A stretch of DNA of 64,000 nucleotides from NCBI RefSeq assembly GCF_006345805.1, contig NC_043014.1:2790001-2854000 (forward strand), in the 5' to 3' direction. Each line of letters begins with the position of its first letter. Within the stretch, counting starts at the first letter, position 1. The position numbers were made by a program, and so were the translations under genes. The notes beneath the pieces were generated by a model. The model ran no database searches. It saw only the letters and a list, made by a program, of their open reading frames with translations, and was not told the DNA's origin. This stretch comes from Octopus sinensis. Taxonomy: Eukaryota. Shown in pieces: positions 13,122 to 25,539 of this stretch.

Positions 13122-14372
13122 TACATACATACATACATACATAAGGTGGCGAGCTGGCAGAAACGTTAGCGCGCCGGGCGAAATGCTTAGCGCTATTTCG
13201 TCTGTCACTACGTTCCGAGTTCAAATTCCGCCGAGGTTCACTTTACCTTTCATCCTTTCGGGCTCGATAAATTAAGTACCAGTTTCGCACTGGGGTCGAT
13301 GTAATTGGCTTGATCCCTTTGTCCTTGTTTGTCCCCTCTATGTTTAGCCCCCTGTGGGCAATGAAGAAATAGAAATATATATATAAGTATGTATATGGGA
13401 GATTAAGATAAACATGAGTTTATATTATGAGTTCCTGTGTGTGTCTCCCCATTCTGGTTGCTTGGAACCCAGCACTGGATGTTCCAAGTAAATGCATTTG
13501 GATGCTTAACCAGAACAGATTATCAAGGAACTTAATAAACTATTAATACTAATTATTATAGAAGTTACTTAACCATTACACTGAAACGTAAAAGAATTAA
13601 CTCTTTATTAGGCACAAAGGCCCGAAACACGGAGTGGACAGCACAAGGTCAGACAGAACAGAGAAACAAAAAAGAATAAGAATAAAAGAATAACAGATTG
13701 GAATATTATAAATCTATTTGGAACTCTAAACATAACAGGAAGAGTCATGTGTCTGCGTACTCTTTTATTCTCTTATTTGTTTCAATCATTTGACTGTGGC
13801 CATGCTGGAGTACCAATTTTAGTTGAACAAATTGACCTCAGGACTTATTCTTTGTAAGCCTAGTACTTATTCTATCGGTGTCGTTTGCTGAACTGCTGAC
13901 TTACAGGGACATAAACACACCAACATCGGTTGTCAAGCGATGGTGGTGGGGACAAACACACACAAACACAAACATATACGACGGGCTTCTTTCAGTTTTC
14001 GTCTGCCAAATCCAATCACAAGGCTTTGGTCGGCCTGAGGCTATAGTAGAAGACACTTGCCCAAGGTACTACGCAGTGGGACTGAACCCAGAACCATGTG
14101 GTTGGTAAGCAAGCTACTTACCACTCAGCCACTCCTGCGCCTAGGTGTACACACAAGATGTTCTGTACCACACTACACTATTCTTTTCTTCATTCCAACC
14201 CATGACAGCATGGAAAGCAAATGTTAAATGATGATGCACAGATGCACTTACACGATAATGGTGGTTCCACACCTATATCACCATGGAACATTTATTTAAC
14301 TTTCCAAAGTACTATAGTGTCTTTCCTCCAAGTGTAATAAAGTAGATTATATTTTAGTAAAGTAAGCTATTG

Positions 14373-14495
14373 AGGTACATGGCCTAGTGGTTAGAGGAGT
14401 GGACTCGCGGTCCAGGGAACGCAGGTTCGAATCTCAGACCGGGCGATGTGTGTGTTTATGAGTGAAACACCTAAGCTCCACGCGGTTCTGCAATA
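14373..14495 (+). mobile_element. tRNA-derived SINE head, family D (also ~62030-62250)
   Basis: tggcctagtggttag A-box and ggttcgaatct B-box, followed by sequence shared by both copies. Confidence 0.7.
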
Positions 14496-16374
14496 GAGGA
14501 AAATGTTAAAAAGAAAAACAAATCTAAAACTAGGTATGTACTAACAATTTCTGAGCACCACCACCACCACCACTACCATCATCATCATCATCTTTTAATG
14601 TCCATATTCCATGCTGGTATGGATCATAGTTTGACAAGATCCAACGAATCCAAGAGGACTGAATCATACCCCAGTGTCTACTTTGTTATGTATGTGTGTA
14701 TATGTTTGTGTGCCTGTGTTTGTCCCCCCCATCATCGCTTGACAACCGATGCTAGTGTGTTTACATCCCCGTAACTTAGCAGTTCGGCAAAAAGGAGCCA
14801 ATAGAATAAGTACTAGGGTTACAAAGAATAAGTCCTGGGATCGATTTGCTTGACTAAAGGTGGTGCTCCAGCATGGCCGCAGTCAAATAACTGAAACAAG
14901 TAAAAGAATAAAGATATATAAACATACCCAAAATACATTAAAAATATATATATATTTGTTTACTACCCACAAGGGGCTAAACACAGAGGTAACAAACAAG
15001 GACAGACAAACGGATTAAGTCGATTACATCGACCCCAACGCGTAACTGGTACTTAATTTATCGACCCCGAAAGGATGAAAGGCAAAGTCGACCTCGACGG
15101 AATTTGAACTCAGGACGTAACGGCAGACGAAATACGGCTACGCATTTCGCCCGGCGTGCTAACGTTTCTGCCAGCTCGCCGCCTATATATATAAATATAT
15201 ATAAATATGTTAAGAATATACTAAAAATGTACAAAAATTTAGTCCTTAGTTTTTAAAAGCGATATTAGAATATATAAGATATTGTAAATCCATAATGTTT
15301 CTAATTTGCTTAAAATCCGAATGATCAGATTACTGTTAAAGATCTTGTATTGTTGAAGATAGTTTAGTTATATACGGAACGTCGATAAGAATAATGGTGC
15401 TGGTGTTATTTGCAAAGGCCACACATTTGCAAGGAAAAGATATAGTCATTTGAATCGATTCTTTTGAATGCCCGATATTTATTTTATCAGTTGTGAAAGT
15501 TGGTATTTTCTTCATCTTCTCTTGTGTTCATTTGCTGATTGTAAATAATGGCTTCGCTGTTGGTGCTATTTGGTGCTATGTCTGGGCCTCTTGTGTCAAA
15601 TGCAGGTTGGCAGCAGGAAGGGCATCCGGTTTGGGGAAACTCTGCCTCTCTGTACCCTCATCTGACTCATGCAAGTATAGAAAAGTAGATGTTAAAAGAA
15701 CGGTGGCGGCAGTGGTAGTGGTGGTTGTGTAGGCAGTGGTGGTTGTGGCAGCAGCAGTGGTGGAGTGGTGGTGGTGGTGGTGGTGGCTGTGGAAAATGGT
15801 AGGAAGAAAGGAAGTGCCACATGTTATGAGTGGAGTGAAGTGTGTACATGATTCTGTTGAAATGTTAAATGTAAACCTGCATGAAATAAGATGGTGGGTG
15901 ATTAGGTAGAGTCGTTGGAGCATCAGACAGGATGTTTTGCGGTATTTGTTTTGACTCACTGCATTTTGTTACCATATTTCTGTTGAGATGCTCTGTGTTT
16001 CTTTCAATTAATTTCAAATATAACAAAGAATTTAGTAAAATAACTTCGTTATCATTAAGCTTGTGTTAGGAACCTAAATTCTGACTAAGGTTTGGTGGAA
16101 GATTTTAATTCAGAACTTATGAAAACAAGACATTTGTACTACAGAGCCAGGGGCGGTTTCAGGCAGGTTGGTATCAAAAGGGTTAAGGATGTCTTTTTAG
16201 GGGTTGATTTAAAAGTACCAGTTTGAGCCAGTGAAATGGTAGAATTGTACTAAATTCAGTCGACCCGAGGCTGTAGTAGAAGATACTTGCCCAAGGTGCC
16301 ACACAATGGGACTGAACTTAGAACCATGTGGTTGAGAAGTATGCTTCCTACCACACAGCCATGCTTGCCCCTGC

Positions 16375-16727
16375 TACGTTCGATGGATCTGGTGCCTTTC
16401 GTGGAAGTTTTTGCCCGCTCCTTAGGACCGACTGACCCGTGCTCGACTGCTATTGGCACAGAACCCTTCTCCACTTCAGTCTTCGAAGGTCTCGTTCGAA
16501 TATTTGCTACTACCACCGAGATCTGCACCCGTGGTCGGCTTCACCCGGGCTCGCACCCGCGGCTTCCATGCACGCCGTGGCACCCTCCTACTTGACCGGG
16601 CATTGGTAAGTCGCCTCGCCAGCGATCACACAACCTGTCGCCTGGCTGGTCCGGCATCGGTCGCTTGCTCCAGCGCCATCCATTTTCGGGGCCGGTCGAT
16701 TCGGCAGGTAAGTTGTTACACACTCCT
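16375..16727 (-). rRNA. Isolated 28S (LSU) rRNA fragment/pseudogene, about D6 to D7a
   Basis: Minus strand reads AGGAGTGTGTAACAACTTACCTGCCGAATC..GAAAATGGATGGCGCTGGAGC..GGTGCAGATCTCGGTGGTAGTAGCAAATATTCGAACGAGA..GAAGTGGAGAAGGGTTC..GGGTCAGTCGGTCCTAAG: conserved eukaryotic LSU core blocks in correct order; no other rDNA in the window. Confidence 0.93.
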
Positions 16728-16892
16728 GATGTATGTATATGTAAGAATACTTAGAGATCATACATTAACACTGTAATAAGGAACTCTTTCTCTCTTTCTA
16801 TTTGCAGGCTGTTCAGAATGGTGAACCATAATCTGTTGAGATGATCAGCGAATCTTAAAGATTGAAGGTTGGTGTGTCCACATTGAGTTATC

Positions 16893-18671
16893 ATGGCTGA
16901 TATCAGAGCATACGAGTGCTCCAGTTGTATGATAATCTTTGCTGAAGAGGATGAGTTCATTCTGCACCAAAAGAGCTTTCACAACTTAACTGATGATTTG
17001 ATCAAGGCCTGGTTACCTAACCATGTTCTGAAGAAGAATGGTACCACAAAAGGGATCTCCATACAAGTATATGATGCCAGTCGGCCATATGCTTGCGACA
17101 TTTGCAATAAAGCTTTTGTGCAATCTTCACATTTGTCAAACCACATGAAAACCCATTCTGGGGAAAAACCATATGTGTGTAAGATCTGCAAGAAAGCGTT
17201 TTCTCGTTCTTCCAATCTGTCTCGGCACCATAAAATCCATACTGCCGAACGTCCTTATGTCTGTGAGATTTGCTACAAAGCTTTTTCCCAGTCGTCTCAT
17301 CTAACACGGCATCTACGCATCCATTCGAAAGATCGGCCTTATTCATGTGAATATTGTCACAAGACGTTCTCTCAGACCTCCAACTTGTCCATTCATCTCC
17401 GCATCCATTCTGGAACGGAACCATTCAAATGTGATATGTGTGCCAAGTCGTTCTCGCGCTCTTCGAATTTGTCCCGCCACATGAAGATTCATACACAGGA
17501 GAAATCCCATGTCTGCCAGGTTTGCAACAAAGCATTCTTGCAGTCGTCACATCTAACCCGCCACTTGCGGATCCATTTTGAGGTGAAACCATTTTTCTGT
17601 CCCACCTGTGGCAAAGCATTCTTCCGAGCCGAACACCTTTCTCTCCACTCTCGCTTACACACAGGTGAGGAGCCATTCAAATGTGACATTTGCAAAAAGG
17701 GCTTCTCACGTTCTTCAAGTCTTTCTCGTCATATCAAAATTCACACAGCAGAAAGACCGTTTGTCTGTAATATATGTGACCGCGCCTTCTTGCAGTCTTC
17801 TCACCTGGCGCGGCACATGCGGACACACTACGAGGAGAAACCTTACGTGTGCCACGTGTGTGAGAAAGCATTTTCCCAGTCTTCCAATCTGTCGATTCAT
17901 TTACGTAGTCATTCTGGTGAGAAACCATTCACCTGCGAAATCTGTGACAAATCATTTTCACGCTCTTCCAACTTGTCTAGACACATCAAAGTCCATTCTG
18001 AAGAAAAACCATTTACCTGTACCATTTGCCAGAAGTCTTTCTCACAATCTTCACATCTTACCAGACATCAAAAGATACATAATCAGCATCTGGCGGAGCC
18101 AAAGATCAAAGCGCCTTCACCAAACTATCCTTGTGGCAAGTGTAATGAAAATGTCTTGAAATCTCCCCGTACCAACATGTTTTTCAGCAACAACAACAAC
18201 AACAGCAACCAAATTCTGTATTCTTCAGAAGAAATACCTGAAAGAAAACCTTATTTGTGTGGTTTCTGCAACCAAAGTTTCTTGGAAGCTTCAGCAATGG
18301 CGCTTCACATGAAGACTCATTCAAGCGAGAAACTCTTCAGGTGTGAACTTTGCAACAAAGCTTTCACAGATTCCTCTCATTTATCGCGTCACATGAAAAC
18401 TCACTCTGGAGAGAAACCATTCCGTTGTTTGGTCTGCGACAAATCTTTTTCCCAGTCATCCAACTTGTCGATCCATTTAAGGACCCATTCGGGTGAGAAA
18501 CCATATCAGTGTGAAATTTGTAACAAAGCTTTCTCTCGTTCCTCCAATCTCTCAAGACATTTATTGATCCATGAACAAAAGCGACCTTATGTCTGCGATA
18601 TTTGCAACCGTGCCTTCTCCCAGTCTTCCCACCTCTACAGACACCTTAAAATCCACAATTCATCATCTTAA
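16893..18671 (+). CDS. C2H2 zinc-finger protein (592 aa; 1 atypical N-terminal finger + 12 + 5 tandem fingers), single coding exon
   Basis: Repeated CxxC..HxxxH with SGEKP-type linkers; acceptor tttctatttgcag at 16807 and an in-frame upstream stop support ATG 16893. Confidence 0.95.
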   Translation: MADIRAYECSSCMIIFAEEDEFILHQKSFHNLTDDLIKAWLPNHVLKKNGTTKGISIQVYDASRPYACDICNKAFVQSSHLSNHMKTHSGEKPYVCKICKKAFSRSSNLSRHHKIHTAERPYVCEICYKAFSQSSHLTRHLRIHSKDRPYSCEYCHKTFSQTSNLSIHLRIHSGTEPFKCDMCAKSFSRSSNLSRHMKIHTQEKSHVCQVCNKAFLQSSHLTRHLRIHFEVKPFFCPTCGKAFFRAEHLSLHSRLHTGEEPFKCDICKKGFSRSSSLSRHIKIHTAERPFVCNICDRAFLQSSHLARHMRTHYEEKPYVCHVCEKAFSQSSNLSIHLRSHSGEKPFTCEICDKSFSRSSNLSRHIKVHSEEKPFTCTICQKSFSQSSHLTRHQKIHNQHLAEPKIKAPSPNYPCGKCNENVLKSPRTNMFFSNNNNNSNQILYSSEEIPERKPYLCGFCNQSFLEASAMALHMKTHSSEKLFRCELCNKAFTDSSHLSRHMKTHSGEKPFRCLVCDKSFSQSSNLSIHLRTHSGEKPYQCEICNKAFSRSSNLSRHLLIHEQKRPYVCDICNRAFSQSSHLYRHLKIHNSSS

Positions 18672-21032
18672 TCTTACCCCTGTGTGTGCCTAAACCCCCT
18701 AAACTTCTTTTTTCATTTCCTCATCTTATATTTTCTTCATCTTCCCCCATTCAGCCATGTTAGTATAACTTAGTATTTATTATCATCATTATTATCATTA
18801 TTATTATTTTTACTTTTAGTGTGCTAGGTGGCAGAAACAGTTAGACACGAGATGAAATACCTTGTGGTATTTACTTACCTTCCTTCACATTCTCATTTCA
18901 AATTCTTCTAGGGTAGACATTGTCTTTCATCCTTGCTGGGTCAACAAAATAGAGAACCAATCAAAAACAAAGGCTAAAATTATTGATTCTTCTCTCCCCA
19001 CTTGACCCACTTTGTCCCTATGCAAGAAATTATCATAATTATTATTATGGTTTAGGGTAGCGAGCTGGCAGAATTGTTAGCACACCGGGCAAAATGCTTT
19101 GCAGTATTTCATCTGCCATCATGTTCTGAGTTCAAATTCCACAGAGGTCGACTTTGCCTTTCATCCTTTTGGGATTGATAAAACTAGTAACAGTTATGCA
19201 CTGGGGTTGATGTAATCGACTTAATCCCTTCCCCAAAATTTGAGGCTTTGTGCTTCCAACAGAAATTAATATTATTATTATTATTATTATTGAATGAGAG
19301 AGCAGTGTATGCCATCAAAGTGACACTGGGGTAAAATATACGAAACCCAGTATACCCATCATGACTACCCGTCTCATAAGGGTACACCAGGCATATGCAT
19401 CACAACCACATGTGCACGACATGGTGATCTCATATCAAGATAAACAGCACATGACCTTGCAGGTGGGGCCCATATCATTATTATTATTATTAATATTAAG
19501 GTGGTGGAGGTCGACTTTGCCTTTCATCCTTTCGGGGTTGATAAATTAAGTACCAGTTACGTGCTGGGGTCAATGTAATCGACTTAATCCCTTCCCCCAG
19601 ATTTGAGACAATGTGCTTCCAGTAGAAAGGATTATTATAATTATCGTTAAGGCAGCAATTAGTGCACTGGACCACATGGTCAGTGGTTCTTTGTCCAGCT
19701 GTTTATGTTCTGAGTTCAAATGCTGTTAATTTGAACCCAGAATGTAAACACATGAAATACTGCTAAGCAGAATCAAAAGTGTTCCCACCATGACCATCCC
19801 ATCTTTTTATATATATATATATCTAAGACACTTCATTCAATTTCTCTTCCTTTCCTCTTTTAAAACAATAGGATGTGATTTGAAGGAGATATTACTGCCA
19901 TTTCTAGCATGTCAACAGACCACTTTGAAGTTCCCTTGTTGGCTTGCATGTGATCATGTCTTACTTTCTGGCGTTTGTAACTAAGAGCAGAAAAAATATT
20001 CTGCCCCTTTTCTCCCTTTCATGTGCAATTTTCTGAGCAGATGTGGGTTGTATAGAACCACAAATTTAGATATTTGTATTACACAGTTTCTAGATGGTGC
20101 ACTACTTTTGTGTTTTTGTTTTTTGTTTCTCTAAGAATAAAAGAGATTTATGTTTCTCATGTCCACCTGGGTACTCACTTTAACCCTTTAGCATTTAATC
20201 CAGCCTAAATTGTCCACCCATTTTCAGTTCAAACAGGTATCTGACAGAATAATCTGAAAACAAAAGGGTTAATCTTTTTATTATTATTACCCTGCATTCA
20301 CCTCTTATCACCAATTCCATCCCTCTGCCACCCTCGTGACCATACTTCCTCTGGACCCCTTATATTCATCTTCCTGAAACTTATGGGTATCCTATCACTT
20401 CTTCACCATCTTTTCTCCTTTTCCAACTGGGGTAGCCATGTCTCTCCTTTAGACACCCATTTCTGTCCTTCTATCATACTCCAAACCCCTAGTTCTCAAT
20501 CATTTTTTTTTTTACCTATGAACCCTTTTGATTTCTACCCTACTCAGATGGGCCCTCATGTTTAAAAAGATCCTAATATATTTTTATCATCATCACACGT
20601 CTGTTGTCCATGCTGACATTATTCAGAATTGTTTAAAAAAGAAAATTGTTAAAATATCTGGTGTGGTGCTGGAGGACTGCTGCCGTTAGTCGAACAAATC
20701 AACCCCAGGACCTCTTCATTGTAAGCCTAATACACATATTCTATCGGTCTCTTTTGCCAAACCACTAAGTTATGGAAACGTAAACACACCATCAGTTGTC
20801 AAGCGATAGTGGGGGGGGGCACTCTTTACTCTTTTACTTGTTTCAGTCATTTGACTGCTGCCATGCTGGAGCACCGCCTTTAATCGAGCAACTTGACCCC
20901 GGAACTTATTCTTTTGTAAGCCCAGTACTTATTCTATCGGTCTCTTTTGCCGAACCGCTATGTAACGGAGACATTAACACACCAGCATCGGTTGTCAAGC
21001 AATGCTAGGGGGACAAACACACTGACACACAC

Positions 21033-21075
<43 letters not shown>

Positions 21076-22469
21076 TACGACGGGCTTCTTTCAGTTTCCG
21101 TCTACCAAATCCACTCACAAGGCTTTGGTTGGCCCGAGGCTATAGTAGAAGACACTTGCCCAAAGTGCCACGCAGTGGGACTGAACCCGGAACCATGTGG
21201 TTGGTAAATGAGCTACTTACCACACAGCCACTCCTGCGCCTATTTATATAAATATACACACATATTTATATAAATGATGGGCTTCTTTCAGTTTCCGTCT
21301 ACCAAATCTACTCACAAGGCTTTTGTTGGCCCAAGGCTAAAGTAAAGGACCACGCAGTAGGATTGATCCCAGAACCATGTGGTTGAGAGGCAAGCTTCTT
21401 ACCACACGACCATTCCTGCGCCAATGTGAGATTTTTTAACCACATTGCCATGCCTGTGCACACAAACACATACATCTGTGTTTGTCCCCCCCACAACCAC
21501 TTAATACCCAGCATTGGTGTGTTTATGTCCCTGTAACTTAGCAGTTTGGCGAAGGTAATCAACAGAATAAGTACCAGGCTTTTCATAAAAATTAATAACT
21601 ACTGAGGTTGATTTGTTTAATTAAAATTTCTTCAATGCGCTGCCCCAGCATGGCCACAGTCTAATGACTGAAACAAGTAAACCATAAAAAGATAGATACG
21701 TCAAATGTGCTACCCGGGTGGAGATGAGAAATATAATTTATCCTTAGGTATTTTTTCCATTTCATTACATATGTGCATGACAAATTTTTTTATTTCCAGT
21801 TTATATATATATCTATATATATATATGTTTTTTTTTTGCTGCCAATAAATGTATGTTTGATAAAAACAAAAAATGTTGTTTGATAAAAAAAAAAGTGTCA
21901 AAAAAAGAAAAAAAACTAAAATAAAAGAAATACTGTTTTGTAGAAAATAATTATAATACTATTTTGTTTTTGTATTTTTGCAAGATTCTTGATGTGAAAT
22001 TCTACATTGAAACAGATGTTGGGTGGGTCATTATGCCAGTATGAAACACACACACTGGTGCTATTTCACTTCATTATTATTAAGGTGGCAAGCTGGTAGG
22101 GTTGTTAGCATGCTGGGCTGAGTGCTTGGTGGCATTTCATCTATTGTTACATTCTGAGTGCAAATTCTGCCAAGGTTGACTTTGCTTTTCAGAGTCAATG
22201 AAATTAAGTACCAGTTGAGTACTGGGGTCGATGTAATCAACTAACCCTGCTCTCCTGAAATTTCAGGCCTTCTGCCTATAGTAGAAAGAAAGTCTTATTA
22301 TTATTATTAACACTACTACTATTAGTCACCAAAGTGTCACACTGGTGGAACCGTGAGCACATTGGATAAAATTCCTTGTAGCATATCTTCTAGTTCTTTA
22401 TGTTGTGAGTTCAAATCTCACTGAGGCCAGCTTTGTGTTTTGTCCCTCCAGGGGTTCATCATCATCATC

Positions 22470-22905
22470 ATCATCGTTTAACGTCCGCTTTCCATGCTAG
22501 CATGGGTTGGACGGTTCAACCGGGGTCTGGGAAGCCAGAAGGCTGCACCAGGCCAGTCAGATCTGGCAGTGTTTCTACAGCTGGATGCCCTTCCTAATGC
22601 CAACCACTCCGAGAGTGTAGTGGGTGCTTTTTATGTGTCACCGACACAGGTGCCAGACGAGGCTGGCGAACGGCCACGCTCGGATGCTGTTTTTTATGTG
22701 CCACCGACACAGGTGCCAGACGAGGCTGGCGAACAGCCACGCTCGGATGGTGTTTTTTATGTGCCACCGACACAGGCGCCAGACGAGGCTGGCGAACGGC
22801 CACGATCGGATGGTGTTTGTTACGTGCCCACAGCACGGAGGCCAGTCGATGCGTTACTGGCTACGGCCACGTTCGGATGGTTTTCTTATGTGCCACCGGC
22901 ACTAG
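22470..22905 (-). mobile_element. SINE family B ((GAT)n tail) with four internal ~60-bp tandem units
   Basis: Shared body ...gttaggaagggcatccagctgtagaaac...ggacgttaaacgatgatg; copies at ~2085-2335, ~5760-6150, ~23825-24175, ~30908-31150, ~42520-43005, ~54770-55060. Confidence 0.8.
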
Positions 22906-24469
22906 TACCACAAAAATGTTCATCGATTTTGATTTGATTTGATTTTGATTTTTTTGATTTATGATGTATGAAAAAAAAACCCCAAAATAACAGGTGCAGG
23001 AGTGTACTAAAATTTCTGCCAGCTTGCTGCCTTAATCCTTTCTACTATAGCTACAAAGTCTGAAATGGGTGGAGGTCGGTTGATTGCATTGACCCCCTGT
23101 ACTTGACTGGTTCTTATTTCATTGATCCTTAAAGAACTAAAAACAAAGTCAGTTTTAGTAGAATTTGAATTTGAATGTAAAGAGCTAGGAAAAGTGCCAT
23201 GGAGTATTTGTTTAACACACTAATGATTCTGGCAGCTCACCATCTTGATGACGATTATAATGATGATAATGAAGTGAAAGTGAAGCAGTGTGTGTGTGTT
23301 TCTTATTGAATGACCCTCACAAAAAATTTTTTTTGCAGATTTTGTTTTTGTTTTAGAGGATTTCATTTTTGCATTTTGGATAATTATTTCAAACTGACAT
23401 CAGTGCCAAAAAAAGAAATAAAATTTTTTAATTAAATCCCCCCCCCCCCCAATAAAAACAAATAACAAAATATTGTGAAAAAAACAACAAATTACATTGA
23501 AACGTAAAATAAATTTTTTTAATGCAAGTATACAAGCAGTGCCCCAGCATGGTCGTAGCTGAAATGGCTCAGACAAACAAACATATGCAAGGTAATTTAG
23601 TTTACTTTGCTTTTTTTTTAAATTTTATTTATTGTTTAACATTTCTTTGCTGAGCAAGAAGAGTTAAGAGTCTTGTTCAACAATAAAAAGTTTTGTGGTG
23701 AGATAAAGAAATATTTTTGTTGAAAATATTAAACGTTGAAATTCTTATTTTCGCTCTCTCTATACATACACACATACCTGCAAAGACACAGACATCCATA
23801 CACATATAAATTTATACACACAGACATCATCATCATCGTTTAACGTCCGTTTTCCGTGCTAGCATGAGTTGGACGGTTCGACCGGGGTCTGGGAAGCCAG
23901 GAGGCTGCACCAGGCTCCAGTCTGATCTGGCAGAGTTTCTACAGCTGGATGCCCTTCCTAACGCCATCCACTCCGCGAGTGTAGTGGGTGCGGCATCGAC
24001 CACGATCGGTTGGAGCTTTTAACGTGCCACCGGCATGGAAGCCAGCCAAGGCGGCGCTGGCAACGGCCACATTCGGATGGTGCTTTTTATGTGCCACCGG
24101 CACAGAAGCCAGTCGGGGCGGCGCTGGCATCGGCCACGTTCGGATGTTGCTTTTTATGTGCAACCGGCACAGAAGCTACATATATGCAGGCACATATGCT
24201 TACATATATGTATATATAGGGGCATTTGCACACATATACACTCGACTCGGTCGGGCACGAATGATTATGGGTGCACCTAAGTGGGCGCCTTCTGAGGTAC
24301 AAGTCTGGGAGGAAAGTTGCCTCACTGGTGAACGCACAACCTGGGGTTGTTTTTATGGAAGACCAGCCGTCACCTGTGCATACCAGTCCCCCGCCTCTCC
24401 ACGCCACCGATGTTATCCAAGGGAAAGGCAAAGGGGCCAATACAGCTTGGCACCAGTGACATCACAAAT

Positions 24470-24606
24470 CATTTCTACAGCTGAGTGAACTGGAGCAACG
24501 TGAAATAAAGTGTCTTGCTCAAGAACACAACATATAGCCCGGTCCAGGAATTGAACTCACAACCTTACGACTAAGCTCGACACTCTAACCACTGAGCCAT
24601 GCGCCT
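24470..24606 (-). mobile_element. tRNA-derived SINE family E head
   Basis: ggcgcatggctcagtggttagagtgtcgagc...gagttcaattcctgg; related copies at ~11940-12050, ~30660-30900, ~37610-37740, ~56540-56710. Confidence 0.7.
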
Positions 24607-25142
24607 TCACACATACAACATATATATAATAGGGGTTTAGTATACTGGTGATCTAAACGAATAGGAAGGCTGGGTAAGTGCTATAATTGGTCATCCGTTA
24701 AGTTCCAAGTTCACAGCTGAGGCGGGAGCTAGGGATCTGTATTAAGCTTCTGTGTTTGCAGGTATAAGAGGAAAAGGACTACAAAAACCAGGGCAGGCCG
24801 AGTATCTCTTCCCTGTGTAGAACTTTCATAGATACTCACTTTGTCTCTCTGATGGTGGAACACCCAGTGAACAAACATACTAGCCTATCACTTGGGATAT
24901 CTCAGAAACAGCTGTAAGACTTCAAATTAACCTTACCCTAATTAAATTATTATAAATGACTTGAGATACTTGTCCTACCTTGGTTTTCATTGTCCTTTTT
25001 CCTCTAATATATAATATATGTCCTTTTTCCTCTGATATATATATAAAATAGTAGGGAATATAATTCCAAACTTATAGGGAAAAATTCAATTTAGCAATTT
25101 TAAATCAAATTTCACAATATATAATATACGTATATAATTTAG

Positions 25143-25401
25143 AGAAAATCCTCTATTAAGCAATTCAATAGGGAAAGATGTTATTCACACCATATAGAAA
25201 AAATTAAATATTCAATAAAATACATTATTCTAAAAATCAATAAAGTACATAAACAATAAATAGTAAATTGACTACACGTGTTTACTATTTATTATGTACT
25301 TTATTGATTTTTAGAATAATGTATTTTATAGAATATTTAATTTTTTCTATAAGGTGTGAATAACATCTTTCACTATTGAATTGCTTAATAGGGGTTTTTC
25401 T
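25143..25401. repeat. AT-rich fold-back inverted repeat (~125-bp arms, 13-nt loop)
   Basis: 25143-25267 is the reverse complement of 25281-25401 with a 5-nt indel. Confidence 0.9.
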
Positions 25402-25539
25402 AATACATATATATGTGCTTACTCCAGTATATATATATATACTAATAAGGGTGAGAAAATTGGATACTAATTTAATAGTACATCCATTTAACACCAAGTG
25501 GCTTAGTGCGTAAAAACCTGGATTACAATAAATTTTATA

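Noticed and set aside
14373-14445. tRNA-like sequences with A/B boxes
   Set aside because: No complete cloverleaf; they continue into shared SINE bodies, so they are SINE heads rather than tRNA genes
16256-16776. Several GC-rich ORFs of 60-107 aa
   Set aside because: They are translations of the 28S rRNA fragment and the adjacent SINE
16979-18555. Antisense and alternate-frame ORFs over ZNF-1 (likewise over ZNF-2 and NAXE)
   Set aside because: Shadow ORFs of real coding sequence
22494-22937. 147-aa ORF with repeated YVPPTQVPDEAGERPRSD units
   Set aside because: Reads through the SINE B internal minisatellite
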